The position numbers were made by a program, and so were the translations under genes. Below the pieces are notes generated by a model, which was not told the DNA's origin, ran no database searches, and worked only from the letters and a program-made list of their open reading frames with translations. From an uncultured virus (IMG/VR IMGVR_UViG_3300029305_007860) (lineage: Duplodnaviria > Heunggongvirae > Uroviricota > Caudoviricetes), in IMG/VR virus record IMGVR_UViG_3300029305_007860: a stretch of DNA of 55,307 bases. One strand, given 5' to 3'. Shown here one piece after another: positions 51,178 through 55,307 of this stretch; position 1 is the first letter of the stretch, and each line of letters opens with the position of its first letter.

Positions 51178-51700
51178 AATAGTAATTACTTTTGTATTAT
51201 TCTTTTTAGTTTCTTTGCTTAATCAAAATATTTGTGAGGCAAAAGAAATAAAAAGAGAAACAATAATTGATTTAGAGGTTGCAACAGAATCCTCAACTAC
51301 AGAAGAACCAGAACCGGAGAATGAATCTAATTCTGTGGTTGATGATTTAACGGAAAGCGATTTGTTTGAAGTAGACGATACTCAATCTTCTATAGGAGAA
51401 AATGAAGAATCGTTTGAGGATATAACTGAAAATCTTGTTCCAAAAATCTCAACAGATGATTTTTTTAAACGAGTTTATAATAAATTATTTGCTACTTGTA
51501 GTGGAATCCAAAAAATTCTTGCTGTTGTGCTTATTATTTTATTTTTAATCGGATTATTTGCATTGGGAGCATCGCTTTTTGGAAATAGAACAAAAACATT
51601 ATCGTATGCAGTGGCAGAATTGATTATAGTTATACTCTTTTTCTGTGATATTTATGCGGTTCAAATTGTTACGGCTGTTAATAATTGGCTGGCAAGTTAA
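51161..51700 (+). CDS. Membrane protein, possibly pilin-like
   Basis: RBS AAGGAG before ATG 51161; signal peptide, acidic linker, C-terminal TM pair. Confidence 0.65.
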   Translation: MKKILKIVITFVLFFLVSLLNQNICEAKEIKRETIIDLEVATESSTTEEPEPENESNSVVDDLTESDLFEVDDTQSSIGENEESFEDITENLVPKISTDDFFKRVYNKLFATCSGIQKILAVVLIILFLIGLFALGASLFGNRTKTLSYAVAELIIVILFFCDIYAVQIVTAVNNWLAS

Positions 51701-51762
51701 AAAAATAAGGTGTTGAGATGCTTGGTCCGACACCTTATTTTACTATAAAAAGGAGTTGTTTT

Positions 51763-52575
51763 ATGCAGAAAAATCCAATTCAATATAATTCTTATATACC
51801 AAAAAAGAAAAAAAATGTATTAATGATATTTTTTTTAATAATATGTATAGTAGCATTTGTAGAATTTATTATATGTATTATATCAATAAACAGTAAAAAC
51901 ACACTAGAAAAAAAACTTGATTTATTATATGTTTCTACTGAAACTAATAATACAGGTTTTATGAATAACGACACTGATTTGATTTCCGAGAATATAATTA
52001 CAGAAGAAATTACTACCGAAGAATCAACTATGGCAGAAGAAATTACTACAGAAATACTTACAACAGAAGAAATAACCACAGAGACTTCTACGACGGAAGA
52101 GATGACTACAGAAGTCCCTACGGTTGAAGAAATAATCGAATCTCAAGATTATTATTATTTGTTTTCTGGACATATGAATAAATATAATCAACATAAATTG
52201 CAAGATTCTATAAATTACTATTATTTACCAGAAGTTAGAGATATAGTTCTTACGCAAGCATATCAATCTGTATCAGTTTCTGATGAATCTAGTTATTGGC
52301 AACTTATGACTTCATCTTATGGAGGAAATATCCAAATGAGTATTACTCCTATTGTAGAAGTTATGTTAGAAGATGATGTAATAACATCTCTTTCTGCTCA
52401 GTTGAACGGATATGGGTTTTCAGGTGCTATAGAGCAAGGCTATTCGGTATCTATTCATGAAGTATATTTTCTTTCTGAAACGAATGCTATATGTTTTGAA
52501 GTTGATAGTACGTATATTGTAATAAAAACAGATGGTGTTTGGTGGATAGCAGGAAAACAAAACTCACCGCAATAA
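51763..52575 (+). CDS. Membrane-anchored protein with TTEE repeats
   Basis: RBS AAGGAG before ATG 51763; N-terminal TM helix. Confidence 0.7.
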   Translation: MQKNPIQYNSYIPKKKKNVLMIFFLIICIVAFVEFIICIISINSKNTLEKKLDLLYVSTETNNTGFMNNDTDLISENIITEEITTEESTMAEEITTEILTTEEITTETSTTEEMTTEVPTVEEIIESQDYYYLFSGHMNKYNQHKLQDSINYYYLPEVRDIVLTQAYQSVSVSDESSYWQLMTSSYGGNIQMSITPIVEVMLEDDVITSLSAQLNGYGFSGAIEQGYSVSIHEVYFLSETNAICFEVDSTYIVIKTDGVWWIAGKQNSPQ

Positions 52576-52665
52576 CTTATATATTTTTCTATATTACTTG
52601 ACGTTTTGCATTGTGAAAGTTATAATAATAATATAATAAATTACAATATAAAGAGGTGAGTATGT

Positions 52666-53028
52666 ATGAATATAAAAATTCCTGTAATAAGAGTACAAAA
52701 TGGGTTATCGAAAACTATACATATAGTAGGCACAGATATTCATGATGAGTTATATATACAAAATAATTGTATTCATTACGAGAATACTAATAATTTTACG
52801 GGCTCTGAAATTGGCTCTTATCAGTATATCGGAGAAAAAAATGATTTAACTGGTCAAGTAAATGTAGAATTTGTGAGTATAGAAGAGTTTATAGAAATGA
52901 TTACAGCTAATTATGAGTTTGACAAAGAAACTTTAAATAGATTAAATGATTTTAAAATTTCTTCTTTAAAGCAAGAAGAGGATATAAAAAAAGCACAGGA
53001 GGATGCCGTTCTTCTTGCTGTATTATAA
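52666..53028 (+). CDS. Hypothetical protein
   Basis: Promoter TTGACG (52598)-17-TATAAT (52621); RBS GAGGTG. Confidence 0.7.
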   Translation: MNIKIPVIRVQNGLSKTIHIVGTDIHDELYIQNNCIHYENTNNFTGSEIGSYQYIGEKNDLTGQVNVEFVSIEEFIEMITANYEFDKETLNRLNDFKISSLKQEEDIKKAQEDAVLLAVL

Positions 53029-53039
53029 GGAGGTAAAAT

Positions 53040-53480
53040 ATGAATAAGGTAATTTTAATGGGACGTTTAACTCGTGACCCGGAAGTTAGATATTCGCAAG
53101 GAGGAGAACCTTTGGCTATAGCTAGATATACATTGGCTGTGGACAGACGTGGTAGAAGAGATTCTAGTAGTAATGACCAGACAGCAGATTTTATTCCATG
53201 TGTTGCTTTTGGACGTGCTGGTGAGTTTGCTGAGAAATATTTAAGACAGGGTACAAAGATGGTTATAACTGGTAGAATTCAGACTGGAAGTTACACTAAT
53301 AAAGATGGTAATAGAGTATATACTACAGAGGTTATCGTTGAGGACCAAGAGTTTGCTGAAAGTAAAGCTTCTGCTTCTAATTCAGGTTATAATAATTCCT
53401 ATATTCCAGAACCAAATGCAAGTACAGATGGTTTTATGAGTATTCCAGAGGGAATCGAGAACGATTTACCATTTCAATAA
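53040..53480 (+). CDS. ssb: Single-stranded DNA-binding protein
   Basis: MNKVILMGRLTRDPE, GRIQTGSY, C-terminal DLPF. Confidence 0.95.
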   Translation: MNKVILMGRLTRDPEVRYSQGGEPLAIARYTLAVDRRGRRDSSSNDQTADFIPCVAFGRAGEFAEKYLRQGTKMVITGRIQTGSYTNKDGNRVYTTEVIVEDQEFAESKASASNSGYNNSYIPEPNASTDGFMSIPEGIENDLPFQ

Positions 53481-53644
53481 AACATACTATTAAAAGAGTA
53501 GAAATTAATACATCTACTCTTTTAATAATTTGTTTTGTGAATATTCTAGAAAAGTATTCTTTTTGGACTGATGGTTGTAAATTATTGACAAATAGATAAT
53601 AAAAACATATAATAATATTATTATATGGCTTAGGTGGTGAGAAT

Positions 53645-54502
53645 ATGGCTTATCCTAAATTAAGTTTTGATGAGTACATTAACCTGTTAAAAGAGTATAA
53701 AAACAAATATGGTAATTTAGAAATACCTTCATCATATACTACTGATTCCGGAATTAATTTAGGATACTGGGTTAATTATATTAGAAGGCATGAGAATCAA
53801 TGCCCTTTAGATAGAAGAATAATGCTTGATGAAGTAGGTTTTGTATGGATTCCTAAACATACATGGATGTATTTATATAGTATTGCTAAACAATATTACG
53901 ATGAATATGGGACAATTAATGGAGTTCCAAATAATTTTGTATATAAAGGAGTATGGTTAGGGGCGTGGCTATGTAAAAATCGAAGTTTATATAATAAGAA
54001 TAAATTGTCAAAGTTTAAGACAAAAAAATTGGATGAACTGAATTTTTCTTGGAAGTCTAAATATGAGGAAGTATATAACACTTATTTACTATTATTAGAA
54101 AGTTATTATAAAAAGTATGGACATTTACTTCCTTCTGTAAATGAAAAATACGAAGATTTAAATATTGATAAAAAAAAATACCCCATTGGAAATTATGTAG
54201 CGAGATTACGGCAAGGATATAAGAACGGTAAATTAAGTGAAAAAAAAATAATAGAACTTGAAAATATTGGTATGAAGTGGAATGGTAGAAAAGGATTTTG
54301 GGAATATCACTATAATTTATGTATAGAGTATATAAACGCAGGAAATAAACTTGTCTCTCAAACTGTATATAAGGGAAGACAAATAGGGGCATGGTATAAT
54401 AGGCAAAAAATATTAAAACATAACAAAAGTCTTGATGATGAACAATTAAGTCTTTTGATTGAATTGGATAATAGAATAAAAAAGGGTGATAATGATGAAT
54501 AA
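53645..54502 (+). CDS. Helicase-associated (HA) domain repeat protein
   Basis: Four LGxWxxxxR...LxxxGFxW-type repeats; promoter TTGACA (53585)-17-TATAAT. Confidence 0.8.
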   Translation: MAYPKLSFDEYINLLKEYKNKYGNLEIPSSYTTDSGINLGYWVNYIRRHENQCPLDRRIMLDEVGFVWIPKHTWMYLYSIAKQYYDEYGTINGVPNNFVYKGVWLGAWLCKNRSLYNKNKLSKFKTKKLDELNFSWKSKYEEVYNTYLLLLESYYKKYGHLLPSVNEKYEDLNIDKKKYPIGNYVARLRQGYKNGKLSEKKIIELENIGMKWNGRKGFWEYHYNLCIEYINAGNKLVSQTVYKGRQIGAWYNRQKILKHNKSLDDEQLSLLIELDNRIKKGDNDE

Positions 54503-54731
54503 TAGTGAAATAAATCGAATATCTAATATAGCTAATGTATTTATTGATAAAAATAAGTCATCTCAGAAAGTTGTGTTTAATAATAATGTTTTCCCAGAAA
54601 CACAAGGAGATATTTTAGAAAAGATTGAAAAAGCTAAGAAACATCAATATGAAAAAGGACTTTTATCTAATGAATTTATAGTAGAAACACAAGAAGGAAA
54701 ATTCTATAGTTCGATAAAAGGATATGTCTAA
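54486..54731 (+). CDS. Hypothetical protein
   Basis: Overlaps the stop of the upstream gene. Confidence 0.55.
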   Translation: MIMMNNSEINRISNIANVFIDKNKSSQKVVFNNNVFPETQGDILEKIEKAKKHQYEKGLLSNEFIVETQEGKFYSSIKGYV

Positions 54732-54779
54732 TTAACAAATACTAAAAAATATTAAAAAAAAGAGCTTAGGCTCTTTTTT

Positions 54780-54833
54780 TCGTTTTACTATTGTGTAACT
54801 TATTCAATAACCATAGAGGTAAGGTAGCCTCTA
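54780..54833 (+). promoter_or_regulatory. CGTTTTACTA element plus leader hairpin
   Basis: TCGTTTTACTATTGTGTA; AACCA; TAGAGG-TAAGGTAG-CCTCTA. Confidence 0.8.
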
Positions 54834-54857
54834 AATATATAAAAAGGAGTTGATATT

Positions 54858-55307
54858 ATGAATAAAGTTATTTTAATGGGAAGAACTACAAAAGATGTAA
54901 CTGTAAATTATACTCAAGGTGAGAATCCTATTGCTATAGCGAGATGGATACTTGCTGTTCCCAAAAGAGGAAATAGAGATGATGAACCGGATTTCATACC
55001 GTGCGTTGCTTTTGGGAGTCATGCTACTTTCGCGGAAAAATATTTCCATCAAGGAATAAAATTAGTGATAACTGGAAGACTTCAAACAGGAAATTATACT
55101 AATAAACATGGTGAAAAAGTATGGACATATGAAGTAGTTGTAGAAGACCAAGAGTTTGCAGAGAGTAAGAAGAATGCACCACAGCAGGGAGCACCACAGC
55201 AGAATGCACCACAGCAGAATGCACCACAGCAGAATGCACCACAGCAGGGAGCATATCAGCAGGGAGCACCACAGCAGAATGCACCACAGCAGGGAACATA
55301 TCAGCAG
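54858..55307 (+). CDS. ssb: Second SSB paralog (runs off the window; absent from ORF track)
   Basis: RBS AAGGAG; MNKVILMGRTTKD...DFIPCVAFG...GRLQTGNY...VEDQEFAESK. Confidence 0.9.
   Translation, partial: MNKVILMGRTTKDVTVNYTQGENPIAIARWILAVPKRGNRDDEPDFIPCVAFGSHATFAEKYFHQGIKLVITGRLQTGNYTNKHGEKVWTYEVVVEDQEFAESKKNAPQQGAPQQNAPQQNAPQQNAPQQGAYQQGAPQQNAPQQGTYQQ
55173..55307 (+). repeat. 15-bp coding tandem repeat (at least 9 units, (N/G)APQQ)
   Basis: AATGCACCACAGCAG and variants. Confidence 0.9.

Noticed and set aside
1101..55299. Minus-strand and nested alternative-frame ORFs in the track (e.g. 1101..1367, 30890..31573, 51792..52079, 55099..55299)
   Set aside because: Shadows of longer plus-strand genes or of coding repeats, with no RBS or recognisable motifs
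1..55307. Prophage
   Set aside because: Many small phage-like ORFs but no terminase, capsid, tail or integrase; the lysozyme domain sits within the T4SS hydrolase

Overview
AT-rich segment of what is most likely a large conjugative plasmid (or ICE) of a low-GC Firmicute; Clostridia/Lachnospiraceae-like is an inference. Essentially all real genes lie on the + strand. In order: a candidate type I toxin-antitoxin locus; two paralogous lipoproteins; a ~2.9 kb non-coding region rich in repeats (2612-5490); a ~23 kb accessory region of small, often phage-like ORFs with an Rpn/PD-(D/E)XK nuclease, an adenine methyltransferase, a PAPS-reductase-like protein, a tRNA-like element and a tnpB-only IS200/IS605 element with miniature derivatives; two replication modules (Rep_3 with upstream iterons, RepA_N with internal iterons); a sortase-anchored adhesin; a receiver/ATPase gene plus a sigma-70-family gene; a Gram-positive T4SS operon (pilin-like proteins, PrgI, VirB4, VirB6-like, lysozyme/CHAP); and two ssb genes. 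No relaxase or VirD4 is recognisable in the window. The most striking unexplained signal is a dispersed 18-bp element, TCGTTTTACTAyTATGTA, in 9 full copies plus 1 IS-interrupted copy. One copy starts at the base after the sigma gene stop and heads the T4SS operon. Seven copies are followed by a hairpin with co-varying stems and a conserved AAGGTA-type loop just before the RBS. This suggests an element-encoded sigma regulon with a second RNA-level switch. All calls were made by eye without database searches.
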